Shown one piece after another: positions 9,498-19,166 of a DNA stretch of 64,000 nucleotides (the stretch's first letter is position 1; each line of letters begins with the position of its first letter). Origin of the DNA: Flavobacteriales bacterium (GTDB lineage Bacteria > Bacteroidota > Bacteroidia > UBA10329). The stretch is from the NCBI GenBank assembly GCA_021739695.1, contig JAIPBM010000008.1, positions 37,013-101,012 on the forward strand, in the 5' to 3' direction. Below the pieces are notes generated by a model. The model was not told the origin of the DNA and did not search any database. It saw nothing but the letters and a program-made list of their open reading frames with translations. The position numbers and the translations under genes were made by a program.

Positions 9498-10439
9498 ATG
9501 TCAGAAGAATTAGAGAGAAGGAAATGCGTCATTATCGGTTCTGGGCCAGCGGGTTATACTGCGGCCATCTATGCTGCAAGAGCAGACATGAAACCGCTTA
9601 TGTACACTGGTCTTCAACCTGGCGGTCAGTTGACCATCACCACCGAGGTTGACAATTATCCAGGATATCCTGAAGGTGTGGAAGGCCCACAAATGATGGA
9701 AGATCTGCGTAAACAAGCAGAAAGATTTGGCACAGAGATCCGATATGAATTGGTTACTGAAGTTGATTTTACTGGCCCAGTTCATAAGGTGATGATCAAC
9801 GATAAAACCATTTTGGCCGACTCAGTGATCATTGCAACCGGAGCATCAGCTAAATGGCTCGGATTGGAATCTGAGCAAAAATTCAATGGTTTCGGAGTTT
9901 CTGCCTGTGCGGTTTGCGATGGTTTCTTTTACAAAGGACAGGAAGTTGTGATTGTTGGTGCTGGAGATACGGCTGCAGAAGAAGCATCGTACTTGGCTAA
10001 ACTTTGCTCCAAGGTCACCATGCTTATCCGAAGGGATGAAATGCGCGCATCTAAAGCCATGCAGCATCGCGTAGCGAACACACCGAACATCGAAATGCTG
10101 TTCAATCACGAGACGGTTGAAATTGTTGGAGGCAAAGGCGTTGAAGGAGTGAGAGTGAAAAACAACAAAACCAACGAGGAATACACCATTCCGTGTACTG
10201 GATTTTTTGTGGCCATTGGCCATACTCCGAACACAGATATTTTCAAAGGTTGGTTGGATATGGATGAAACAGGTTATTTGATTGTAAAACCAGGCACATC
10301 TAAAACAAAGATTCCTGGGGTGTTTGCAAGTGGAGATGCTGCAGATAAAGTTTACCGACAAGCAGTTACTGCTGCAGGAACCGGATGCATGGCCGCTTTG
10401 GATGCAGAACGCTATTTAACGGAAGAAGGAATTCATTGA
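9498..10439 (+). CDS. trxB: Thioredoxin-disulfide reductase
   Basis: GSGPAGYTAAIYAA FAD motif, redox-active CAVCDG, NADPH motif VVIVGAGDTAAEEA. 313 aa. Confidence 0.95.
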   Translation: MSEELERRKCVIIGSGPAGYTAAIYAARADMKPLMYTGLQPGGQLTITTEVDNYPGYPEGVEGPQMMEDLRKQAERFGTEIRYELVTEVDFTGPVHKVMINDKTILADSVIIATGASAKWLGLESEQKFNGFGVSACAVCDGFFYKGQEVVIVGAGDTAAEEASYLAKLCSKVTMLIRRDEMRASKAMQHRVANTPNIEMLFNHETVEIVGGKGVEGVRVKNNKTNEEYTIPCTGFFVAIGHTPNTDIFKGWLDMDETGYLIVKPGTSKTKIPGVFASGDAADKVYRQAVTAAGTGCMAALDAERYLTEEGIH

Positions 10440-10463
10440 AAACCTCTTAATAACTCAGAAGAA

Positions 10464-10492
10464 AGGTGTTCTTAACAGGAACACCTTTTTTG
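10464..10492 (+). terminator. Rho-independent terminator after trxB
   Basis: AGGTGTTCttaacagGAACACCT followed by TTTTTTG. Confidence 0.55.
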
Positions 10493-10520
10493 TTTCTTGA
10501 ACTTGGAAAACGAGCGAAGG

Positions 10521-10955
10521 ATGAAGTTCAGATCAGAAGTAGACATTGCAAAGCCGATGGATGAGTTGATAGTGCTCATCCAAGACCCAGAAAACACCTT
10601 AAAGTGGTTGGATGGTCTGCGGTCCGTGAAACACATTTCCGGAGAAATGCGACAGGCTGGTGCAGTCAGTAAGGTTGTTTTTGATTCTCCTGCGGGTAGA
10701 CTACTGATTACTGAAACGGTGATCAGCAACGACCTGCCGCACGAATACATCATGCGATACGAAGGTCCGGGATACATAAGTTACTCGAACTATACTTTCG
10801 AGCAGTTGTCGAAGAATTCAACTCGTTTTATCATGCAGCAGCAAGTGGAACTTAAAGGTGCCCTCAAACTTGCTGGAGGTCTTGTTAAGAGTAAAATGAG
10901 CAGCCAACTTAGTATCAGTGCTCAAAGCTTTAAGCGCTTTGCGGAAAATCAATAG
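10521..10955 (+). CDS. SRPBCC (polyketide cyclase/AHSA1-like) family protein
   Basis: About 145 aa with the alpha/beta grip pattern seen in SRPBCC proteins. Start taken at the second Met (MKFRSEV). Weak call. Confidence 0.45.
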   Translation: MKFRSEVDIAKPMDELIVLIQDPENTLKWLDGLRSVKHISGEMRQAGAVSKVVFDSPAGRLLITETVISNDLPHEYIMRYEGPGYISYSNYTFEQLSKNSTRFIMQQQVELKGALKLAGGLVKSKMSSQLSISAQSFKRFAENQ

Positions 10956-11527
10956 TAATCGGGCTCATTACCCGCTTTCCACTTGATATTGCAACCTAGG
11001 CTTGGTTTCTGGTCAGCAGTTACCGTTTCGCCCTTTAGCAGTTTATCCAGCACATTTCTGATATCCATTCCATTTACTGGCTCCGAGTTTCCCGGTCGGC
11101 TATTGTCTAGTTGTCCTCGATAGACACAAACATCTTCTGAATTGAAAATGCTGAAATCGGGTGTACAGGCCGCAAAGTATGACTTGGCCACCTCCTGAGT
11201 TTCATCATACAAATAAGGAAATGGGAACTGTTTCTGAATCGCAAGCTCCTTCATGTTCGCAGGTGCATCTTGCGGATAGTTGACCACATCGTTTGAACTG
11301 ATGGCAACAAAACCAATTCCTTTATCCCTGTAGTCATTTCCAATACGGATAAGCTCATCAATAACATGCACAACAAATGGGCAATGATTACAGATGAACA
11401 TGACCAACGTTCCATGTTGTCCTTTAATGCCACCGAAGGAAACAGTTTTGCCCGTGACCACATCCTGAAGTTGAAATTCTGGAGCCTTGTATCCTAATTC
11501 GATTTGTACTGTTGGTGTTCTTGCCAT
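10949..11527 (-). CDS. Thioredoxin-fold (redoxin/AhpC-TSA-like) protein
   Basis: CxxC motif in FICNHCPFV. About 190 aa, typical of thioredoxin-family redoxins. Confidence 0.75.
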   Translation of the reverse strand: MARTPTVQIELGYKAPEFQLQDVVTGKTVSFGGIKGQHGTLVMFICNHCPFVVHVIDELIRIGNDYRDKGIGFVAISSNDVVNYPQDAPANMKELAIQKQFPFPYLYDETQEVAKSYFAACTPDFSIFNSEDVCVYRGQLDNSRPGNSEPVNGMDIRNVLDKLLKGETVTADQKPSLGCNIKWKAGNEPDYY

Positions 11528-11532
11528 GCCAT

Positions 11533-11560
11533 AAAAATAAAAAGGGTGGCAAAATTTGCC
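11533..11560. terminator. Bidirectional rho-independent terminator downstream of the giant T9SS cargo gene
   Basis: aaaaAGGGTGGCAAAaTTTGCCACCCTTTTaaaa. 10-bp GC-rich stem flanked by A and T runs. Confidence 0.6.
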
Positions 11561-11588
11561 ACCCTTTTAAAATCATTCAATTGGAAGA

Positions 11589-14500
11589 TTATTCCTTGAT
11601 CAACTTCTTAGTAGTTGATGCTGAACCGTCATCCAACTTCAAGAAATACATACCGCTGGCCAAACCTGATAGGTCAACGGTTTTTCTCAATCCACTTGAA
11701 ATTGAACCTGTGTTAGCAGCATAAACCAACTTACCGTTCATATCCAAGATCTGAAGCGTCAGTCCATTGCTGTTGCCAGTGATGTCAAGCACAATCTCTC
11801 CTCGAGTTGGGTTTGGATAAACTTCAACACTTAGGTTTTCAAATTCTGCCACTCCTGCACATGCATCAACAGTCAGAACAAAAGAATTACTTACCCCTGT
11901 GCAACCATCCTGATCGACAGTTACATAAATCTCGTGCGTACCTAGACCTAGTACATTACCATATAGGTCAATGCTCTGTGTATTGTTTCCTGTACTCCAC
12001 AGATAAGAATCGTAAGTAGACGCGCTAACTGTAAGAACTTGTGTAATACAAATACTAGTATCTGAAAATGCCAGCTCGGGAGTTGGACTATAATCCACAA
12101 AGGTCATAGACCAGCTCATCAAGGTGCCCTCATCACCTCCAGTATCGTCTCTGACAAATAGAGTCCAAGCTCCATTTGGATCTTGACCATTGTAAAGACC
12201 AGCAAATCCTAATGAATCTTCGGTGTGATACACTCCAGGCATGATATCATCTGTCTGCAACGTAATGTCATTAGAAGATGTGTCCGAGAACACAACGTTT
12301 GACATATCATTCAAAGACCCACCGTTATCTGTTGAAAGCTCTACAGTATCTCCGGCAGGAGAAATCAAATATATATCAAGGTCAGAAAGCCAAGTATGCT
12401 GAATCGAATCAATACTTAAGCTTTCAATCTGCAAACATCCATTCAATGAAGCTGGAAGGCCACAGAAGAATATCTCAGAAGACGTTCCTTGCGGAATGTT
12501 GCTACTGATCGGCAATCCAGGCATCTCAGTTTGACTCAATGGAGTAGATTCTCCGAAATTGACCACTTCATTTGCGAATAGCGTATCAGAAGCCAGGTTT
12601 TCATCTCCCGCAAGGGCAGTAAAAACATCAATTTGGTAGGTTCCCTCAGTACTAAGATCTGCAAGTTCCGTACTGAATGTATAGGTAACAGTATCGCCAG
12701 TGGCTACTGAACCTGTATAGGTTTCTGTCTGAGCACTTCCTACTAGAGGAATTGACCCACTATTAACAATGAATCCAACTTCAAAGTTTGAAACCGTTTG
12801 TAGTCCCTTGTTCCAGAATGTGAAACTCACTGATTCCTCGCCCAAAGAACATCCATCTTGAGGTCCTTCAAAAGAAAGAGCAACCAGATCCAATTGAGCC
12901 TGCGGACGAATATTGATATCATCTACTGCAAAACCTTCGAAGAAGCTGGCAAAATCATCAGCACTGAATACGAATCGAACACTCACTTCAGAACTTCCAG
13001 CAACTCCTTCAAGAATGTGTTCAGCAGTAATCCAATCACCATTTCCACCTGACTGACCATCCCAACCTTGGGTAACGAACGCATTATAGAATACATCCTG
13101 TGTATACCAGTTTTCTCCTTCTCCTACGTTTCCAAGGATGTTCCAAGTTGTTCCACCATCTGCAGATACTTCCATCCATGCGGCATCGAATTGCTGTTCA
13201 GCATCAAACTGAATAGCAAAACTGATAACAGGATCATCGTTGATTCCACTGAAATCGAAACACGGAGATGTGAGGACAGAAAATTGAAGATCAGAATAAT
13301 TCAAGGTATTCAGATTGGTTGCCCATGCATTCACACCACTAAATGCAGTATCAATGATGATTCCTTCTGGATCACCAAGTTCCCATGCATTTGGCACTCC
13401 AACCGATCTCCAACCTCCTGTACCAGATTCAAAATCTTGAGTATATGGCAAGGAACTGATAGTAGGAACACTTGTTACAACTACAGAAGATGTGTCGTTT
13501 GATGTGTCACCATCACCAACTGTCGATACCCAAACTGCAAAATCATAATCGGCATTCACACTCAGATCAAGTGTAGTTGAAAGTGTAAGATTCACACTTC
13601 CTCCAACTGCCAATGTCTGATTGAAAACCTCTGTCACTACTGGACCATTATCGAATGAATACGAAACCACCACAGAATCCATATCGATAGATCCAAGGTT
13701 TGAAACCGTCACAGAAATTGCTTCGGTTGCAGTCAATCCGCAACTTGAAACTGGGCTGTTGATAGCAAAAAGCGATCCGTTGATAGGCGGTTGCTCTGAT
13801 ATGCTGATATCATCGACTCCAAAACCATCATAATTCAGGGAAATGTCAGAACTGAACGCAAATCTGATTTTAACAGACCCTTGTCCTGCAGCACCATCCA
13901 ACAAATGCTTGGCATTTCTCCAAACTGTTGGTGCTCCTGATGTTCCATTCCATTCATTGTTGTCGCCATCATTGTACCAGTTCTCACCTTCACCAGCAAC
14001 GCCTAAGAGAGTCCATGTGGTTCCTCCATCGAATGAAATTTCTACATATCCTTGATCGCAACATTCTTCTGTCTCATAAATATGAGCAAACTCTAAAATA
14101 GGATCGATTGTCAACGCAGAGAAGTCGAAACATGGGGATTCTAAATATGAGTCTTCATTGATGACATAAGCACCTGCAAGATTGGTTACCCATGCATTTA
14201 CACCACTGTTAGCTGTGTCAACAAAAGCTCCCTGAGGATCACCAAGCTCCCAAGTGCTTGCAGTACCTCCAGTGGTCCATCCACCAGCACCTGATTCAAA
14301 ATCTTCAGTGTAAGGCAACGCGCTTACAACCGGAACACTTGTTACTAAGACAAAAAGTGAATCGTTCAACAAATCTCCATCTCCAGCGACCACTGTCCAA
14401 GCTCCGAAATCATATCCAGCAGCTACAGCAAGATCAACTGGAACACTGAACGTGAATGTATCAACTGTAGCAGAGAATAGTGTGTCAGTTATCATCTCGC

Positions 14501-16067
14501 TCACTACACCACTACCAGCATCATATTCAACTGAAAAATCTACAAGGTCAGCGTCTCCAAAATTCTGGATGACAACGGTTACGTTCTCAACTCCCAAACC
14601 ACAACCTGTTGTTGGCGAAATAATTTCTACAACACCTGCATTTACTGAAGGTTGCTCAAATATTTCCACATCATCAAACGCAAATCCATCATCCGCTCCT
14701 GAAATATCTGAATGAAAGAACACTCTCACTTTAACAGAAGATGAACCTGCAGCGCCATCTAGCAAATGTGTAGCTGTAGTCCATTCATCAGCACCTCCAA
14801 ACGGAGCATCCCACCAATCAAGGTCAAAATTGGCTCCGTGTTCATCAGCATTGTTGTACCAATTTGTTCCTTCGCCCAAGCTTCCAACTGTAGTCCAAGT
14901 GGCTCCAGCATCCGTAGAAAGTTCTATCCAAGTTCCATCCCAACCAAGTTCTGAACGGCCAATGAAAGCAAAACGGAAAACCGGATCAACAGACAATGAT
15001 GAAAAGTCCATACAAGGTGATTCAACATATTGATCAGAGCTGTTCTGGTATTGTCCTGTTAAATTCGTAACCCAAGCGTTCACGCCAGAATTGGCTGTAC
15101 TGATAAAAGCTGTTGCAGGAGTTCCTAGTTGCCAATCGTTCAATATTCCTCCAGATACCCAGCCACCTGAACCATTTTCAAAATCTTCTGAATAAGGAAG
15201 CGAAGCAATGACAGGAATGTTATCAAATGAGAAATGAACCGTATCGTTGTTCGGCTCCAAATCATCGGTCAGCGTTACCCATGCCGTAAAATCATACGTT
15301 CCAACCACAGAAACGTCAGCAGGAACTGAAAAAGTCAAAGTATCAGTTTGACCTGGAGCAATTTCCACTGTAAACGACTCAGTTTCGGTTGTTGCTCCAA
15401 CCATATACGAACCGTCAATGGCAAAAATGGTATCCAAACCATTGTTGTAAACTGAAACTGCAACTGATTCGCTACCGAGCCCACATCCCGTTACAGGACC
15501 AACTGCACTTGTAAGTTCTGCATCGTCAACTGGTGGCAGAAATACATTTACGGCATCCAAACCTATTGCGTAACCATAGCTTATGTATCCATCAAATCTA
15601 AGCTTCGAATTGGCAGTTGTCGATGCAAAATCATTCAAGTTGTACTCAACTTCTTGGTATGCACCAACATTAGCATACAAACTATCAATCAGCGTCCACG
15701 TTGCGCCATTATCTACCGACAATCGAACCGCAAGTGTATTCTGATCTCCTAACCAGTTTGGATGGACATGTGCAAATGACAGTTTATAGCCTCCTGCGCT
15801 GAGGTCTAAAGTAGGTGAAACGAGCGAAGTGCGATCTCCAGAATAGTCAGCATAATAAAAGTGAGCAGCAGAATCACCTTCGAAGCTGGCTGCACTTGGC
15901 CCAAGCGTAATATTGGTCGGGTCGTTGACCCAATCAAGGGTTCCAACTATGTATTCCTGAGTGAATTGATCTGCGACACCGTTTTCAAAATCTTCAAAGA
16001 AGACGCTCTGCGCAAAGGACTGTGCCGTGATCAAGAGCAAACATGCGATCGTAAATATGTGTTTCAT
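11589..16067 (-). CDS. Large secreted multi-repeat surface protein with a T9SS type-A C-terminal sorting domain. It has four choice-of-anchor-J/MAM-like modules and a proprotein-convertase P-domain-like segment.
   Basis: Signal peptide MKHIFTIACLLLITAQSFAQ (start moved to 16067 from the ORF-track 16127). Four paralogous ~250-aa modules contain (S/A)LPY(S/T)EDFE(N/S)G.GGW...GVNAWVTNL...SPC.DFS. P-domain-like SLSIDSIQHTWLSDLDIYLISPAGDTVEL. C-terminal ~80 aa VEVYPNPTRGEIVLDI...GMYFLKLDDGSASTTKKLIKE is a canonical T9SS CTD. Confidence 0.8.
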   Translation of the reverse strand: MKHIFTIACLLLITAQSFAQSVFFEDFENGVADQFTQEYIVGTLDWVNDPTNITLGPSAASFEGDSAAHFYYADYSGDRTSLVSPTLDLSAGGYKLSFAHVHPNWLGDQNTLAVRLSVDNGATWTLIDSLYANVGAYQEVEYNLNDFASTTANSKLRFDGYISYGYAIGLDAVNVFLPPVDDAELTSAVGPVTGCGLGSESVAVSVYNNGLDTIFAIDGSYMVGATTETESFTVEIAPGQTDTLTFSVPADVSVVGTYDFTAWVTLTDDLEPNNDTVHFSFDNIPVIASLPYSEDFENGSGGWVSGGILNDWQLGTPATAFISTANSGVNAWVTNLTGQYQNSSDQYVESPCMDFSSLSVDPVFRFAFIGRSELGWDGTWIELSTDAGATWTTVGSLGEGTNWYNNADEHGANFDLDWWDAPFGGADEWTTATHLLDGAAGSSSVKVRVFFHSDISGADDGFAFDDVEIFEQPSVNAGVVEIISPTTGCGLGVENVTVVIQNFGDADLVDFSVEYDAGSGVVSEMITDTLFSATVDTFTFSVPVDLAVAAGYDFGAWTVVAGDGDLLNDSLFVLVTSVPVVSALPYTEDFESGAGGWTTGGTASTWELGDPQGAFVDTANSGVNAWVTNLAGAYVINEDSYLESPCFDFSALTIDPILEFAHIYETEECCDQGYVEISFDGGTTWTLLGVAGEGENWYNDGDNNEWNGTSGAPTVWRNAKHLLDGAAGQGSVKIRFAFSSDISLNYDGFGVDDISISEQPPINGSLFAINSPVSSCGLTATEAISVTVSNLGSIDMDSVVVSYSFDNGPVVTEVFNQTLAVGGSVNLTLSTTLDLSVNADYDFAVWVSTVGDGDTSNDTSSVVVTSVPTISSLPYTQDFESGTGGWRSVGVPNAWELGDPEGIIIDTAFSGVNAWATNLNTLNYSDLQFSVLTSPCFDFSGINDDPVISFAIQFDAEQQFDAAWMEVSADGGTTWNILGNVGEGENWYTQDVFYNAFVTQGWDGQSGGNGDWITAEHILEGVAGSSEVSVRFVFSADDFASFFEGFAVDDINIRPQAQLDLVALSFEGPQDGCSLGEESVSFTFWNKGLQTVSNFEVGFIVNSGSIPLVGSAQTETYTGSVATGDTVTYTFSTELADLSTEGTYQIDVFTALAGDENLASDTLFANEVVNFGESTPLSQTEMPGLPISSNIPQGTSSEIFFCGLPASLNGCLQIESLSIDSIQHTWLSDLDIYLISPAGDTVELSTDNGGSLNDMSNVVFSDTSSNDITLQTDDIMPGVYHTEDSLGFAGLYNGQDPNGAWTLFVRDDTGGDEGTLMSWSMTFVDYSPTPELAFSDTSICITQVLTVSASTYDSYLWSTGNNTQSIDLYGNVLGLGTHEIYVTVDQDGCTGVSNSFVLTVDACAGVAEFENLSVEVYPNPTRGEIVLDITGNSNGLTLQILDMNGKLVYAANTGSISSGLRKTVDLSGLASGMYFLKLDDGSASTTKKLIKE

Positions 16068-16180
16068 GCGATTATGGGTTATGGTAATAATTAGAATCAA
16101 CGAAGGTAGGCAAAGGCAGCTACGCAAATCACATAGAACAACAGATTATTATCAACTTTGGTCAGAATTCAGACCAACGG

Positions 16181-17032
16181 TCAGTCTTCCGCCTGCTTCT
16201 CTTTTCCTGACTTCTTTTTCGACTTCCGATCCTTCTTAACTAGCGGTTGCGAATTGAAAAAGTATCGAACATCAAAGGTGAGGTAACTTCCATTGAGGGC
16301 AATTCCCTGAACTGAAGAAGCGTAATTGATACTCTCGTCCAAATACTGGAACTTACTTTGATAAATATTTGCAAACGGAACGTGATACGTAGCTCCCAAA
16401 TAAAAATAGCCTGCCTTTTTAGTCCGATACTCAGCACCCAGATTAGCAATGGCACCTCCGTGAATGAATCCATCAGGGCCTGGTTTACCATCAAACCCTA
16501 ACCGAAGTGATGAGTGCTTGAAATATTGATCGCTCGGATTGTTTTCTCGATCAGAAGTGAAAATATCTGATGGGAAAAAAGTCAACTGAAAACCTCCTGC
16601 AGCGTTCATAAATACGCGTTCTGCCAATCGCACAAAAACAAGAAGCTTTATAGGGTGTTCGTAACCTACAATAGTAAAGTCGGTTTTGCTTTTGAACTCA
16701 GGGCTTCCTGGGTTTATTCCATCGCCTGATGTTGCATCGCGATGAATTGTCAGATTGTAGTTACGTTGCACAAAATTTATTCCTGTTTCCAAGGCCAGTC
16801 GCTTACTGAAACCATAGCGGATGGTCATGCCCGCAGAGAAACTGAATTTAGGAGCAACCAGCACGCTGAAATCGGCATTGGAAGTAGATTGACTGCCCGT
16901 TTTCAGGAAATCTACCGGAAAAATGGGACGGAACTCGAAACCGGCCGTGAGCGTTTGTGGAAACTTTTCATCCTGCGCTTGGCTGTTCAGAACACCTACA
17001 AGCAAACAAATAAAGACCAGCACTTTTCGCAT
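16181..17032 (-). CDS. Outer-membrane beta-barrel protein (OMP_b-brl/PorT-like), with an unusual Lys-rich tail after the terminal aromatic residues
   Basis: Signal peptide MRKVLVFICLLVGVLNSQAQ, then alternating hydrophobic beta-strand pattern ending ...LTFDVRYFF, then NSQPLVKKDRKSKKKSGKEKQAED. The ORF track starts earlier (17062); Met11 is chosen as the start. Confidence 0.45.
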   Translation of the reverse strand: MRKVLVFICLLVGVLNSQAQDEKFPQTLTAGFEFRPIFPVDFLKTGSQSTSNADFSVLVAPKFSFSAGMTIRYGFSKRLALETGINFVQRNYNLTIHRDATSGDGINPGSPEFKSKTDFTIVGYEHPIKLLVFVRLAERVFMNAAGGFQLTFFPSDIFTSDRENNPSDQYFKHSSLRLGFDGKPGPDGFIHGGAIANLGAEYRTKKAGYFYLGATYHVPFANIYQSKFQYLDESINYASSVQGIALNGSYLTFDVRYFFNSQPLVKKDRKSKKKSGKEKQAED

Positions 17033-17131
17033 GCCCAAAGTTACTACGACCGTTTGATTCAACCCTTACCTAACGCGGAGATGTGATAAAACTTACATTT
17101 CGTGGTATAAACATCGTTTATTTCGCAGCGC

Positions 17132-17290
17132 ATGAATTGGGGATTATTCGCATTTGTTGTTGCTTTTTTGGCCTGGATATCAGCCAACTACCATAGACGC
17201 AGAGGGTATTTCTTTTGGAGAACATTCATTATGGCGTGCATGGGTTTTGCTGGTCTCGGCCTCATGCTTTATGGTCTATACACCAAATAA
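17132..17290 (+). CDS. Unannotated small membrane protein, 52 aa, two predicted TM helices
   Basis: ATG at 17132 and TAA at 17288-17290. Translates to MNWGLFAFVVAFLAWISANYHRRRGYFFWRTFIMACMGFAGLGLMLYGLYTK. It is below the 60-aa cutoff of the ORF track. It lies in the divergent intergenic region between the OM barrel and ASST-like genes. Confidence 0.3.
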   Translation: MNWGLFAFVVAFLAWISANYHRRRGYFFWRTFIMACMGFAGLGLMLYGLYTK

Positions 17291-17387
17291 AATATTGTTT
17301 ATAAACCTGTTGATACCGAATCTTCACTTTTCGAATCGGCATGACATCGAGTTATATTTTGGCCAATTCTAACCAACAAGATACTTT

Positions 17388-19067
17388 ATGCTAAAATCAA
17401 TCAAACTATTTATCCTAATTACTTTGCCTTTTGGTCTTTTCGGTCAACAGACAACAGGCCTTTTTGAGTACGACTGGCATGCAGAAGAAGGCTTCATTTT
17501 ATGGGGCCCAATTTTTTCGAGAAGTCAGTATTTAATGAACAACTGTGGCGAAATAGTCCACACTTGGGAGGATGACACCGTTTCATTAGGCAACTCCATC
17601 TACTTGCTTGAAAACGGGACGCTTCTCAGATGCGCGAAGGCTGACACTGCTATTAGCTGTCCTATTGGTGCCGGAGGTGGCAGCGAACGAATTCAGAAAG
17701 TAGATTGGGATGGCAATGTAACTTGGGATTTCATCTATTATGACATGCAAAAGCGGCTCCATCATGATATCGAACTGCTTCCAAACGGCAACATATTAGC
17801 TATTGCGTGGGTACGAAAAGACATGCCTACATGCATACAGGCAGGCAGAAATCCTGGCACGTTGAGTTATGGCGAACTCTACAACGAACGCATCATAGAA
17901 ATTGAACCAACCGGGCCACACACAGGAAATGTTGTCTGGCAATGGGACCTTTGGGATCATCTGGTGCAAGACTTTGATAACACCAAGGATAATTTCGGTG
18001 TCATTGCAGATCATCCAGAGCTTCTCAACGTCAATTGGCTTAACGAGAATGAAGCCGTGCCTGGCCAAAGTGATTTCATCCACCTAAATGCTATCGACTA
18101 TAATGCAGAGCTTGACCAGATAGTGCTTAGCTCACAGATTCTAAGCGAAATCTGGATCATTGACCATAGTACAACAACTCAAGAAGCCGCTAGTCATGCT
18201 GGAGGAACGTATGGGAAAGGAGGAGACTTTCTGTACCGATACGGAAACCCTCAAGTATACAACAGAGGAGATGCTACAGACCAGAAACTTTGGAGACAAC
18301 ACGATGCTCATTGGATAGAATCTGGATTGGCAGATGAAGGTGGAATTATGATATTTAACAATGGACTAGACAGGCCTGTTTCATTTTCAGAAATTGATGT
18401 GGTCATGCCTCCTCAGACCTCGCCAGGAGTTTACGAGCTTGCCGCTGGCGAATCTTATGGTCCGACTGAAACGGTTTGGAATTATCACGCTTCTGATTCC
18501 GTTAGTTTCTATTCTTATTTTATTTCTGGGGCAGGTAGATTACCAAACGGAAATACGCTCATCTGTGAAGGGAACAAAGGAAAATTGTTTGAAGTTACAT
18601 ATGATGGACAGAAAGTTTGGGAATACGTAAACCCTGTCACTGTGAACGGAATCATAAGTTCCACTGATCCAATTCCAATGGCTGGAGGAGGCGCCTTTCA
18701 GGGAAACATCGTTTTCCGAGCTGAAAAGTATGCCGTTGATTTTCCTGGATTTGCAGGGCACGATCTGAGTACCGGTATTCAACTTGAAGCAAATCCTATT
18801 ATTTCAAACTGCTTTGTAGGATTAGAAGATTTCGATGCTAGCAAAGAATTCAGCATTTACCCGAACCCGACCACAGACCAATTAACGCTTGAGAACATGA
18901 ATGGAGCAAACATTAGTATCTATAATGTCTCTGGACAACTAGTAATGACAGAGCGCGTAACGTCTGAACAATTCCAATTCGAATTGCTTGATAAAACTGC
19001 TGGCATATACGCTGTTCGAATTGAATTGAACGGCAAAACGATCGTCAAGAAATTGATGGTGCAATAA
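17388..19067 (+). CDS. Arylsulfotransferase (ASST)-like beta-propeller protein with T9SS type-A CTD
   Basis: Signal peptide. Body resembles the ASST family (LLPNGNIL, PNGNTL, WDxxG repeats). C-terminal FSIYPNPTTDQLTLENMNGANISIYNVSGQLV...IYAVRIELNGKTIVKKLMVQ is a T9SS CTD. Confidence 0.55.
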   Translation: MLKSIKLFILITLPFGLFGQQTTGLFEYDWHAEEGFILWGPIFSRSQYLMNNCGEIVHTWEDDTVSLGNSIYLLENGTLLRCAKADTAISCPIGAGGGSERIQKVDWDGNVTWDFIYYDMQKRLHHDIELLPNGNILAIAWVRKDMPTCIQAGRNPGTLSYGELYNERIIEIEPTGPHTGNVVWQWDLWDHLVQDFDNTKDNFGVIADHPELLNVNWLNENEAVPGQSDFIHLNAIDYNAELDQIVLSSQILSEIWIIDHSTTTQEAASHAGGTYGKGGDFLYRYGNPQVYNRGDATDQKLWRQHDAHWIESGLADEGGIMIFNNGLDRPVSFSEIDVVMPPQTSPGVYELAAGESYGPTETVWNYHASDSVSFYSYFISGAGRLPNGNTLICEGNKGKLFEVTYDGQKVWEYVNPVTVNGIISSTDPIPMAGGGAFQGNIVFRAEKYAVDFPGFAGHDLSTGIQLEANPIISNCFVGLEDFDASKEFSIYPNPTTDQLTLENMNGANISIYNVSGQLVMTERVTSEQFQFELLDKTAGIYAVRIELNGKTIVKKLMVQ

Positions 19068-19087
19068 CCCTTTTCGAACAATCTGGC

Positions 19088-19126
19088 AAAGGCCCATCGC
19101 AGCTGCGATGGGCCTTTCTTTTTGGT
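19088..19126 (+). terminator. Rho-independent terminator after the ASST-like gene
   Basis: AAAGGCCCATCGCagcTGCGATGGGCCTTTcttttt. Confidence 0.6.
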
Positions 19127-19166
19127 TCAGTAAAATTTACGTATTTCGTAGCGCAACAACCCCAAC

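Noticed and set aside
17154-17372. 72-aa ORF in the OM-barrel/ASST intergenic region
   Set aside because: It overlaps the more protein-like 52-aa two-helix ORF in another frame. Its own translation is not membrane- or globular-protein-like.
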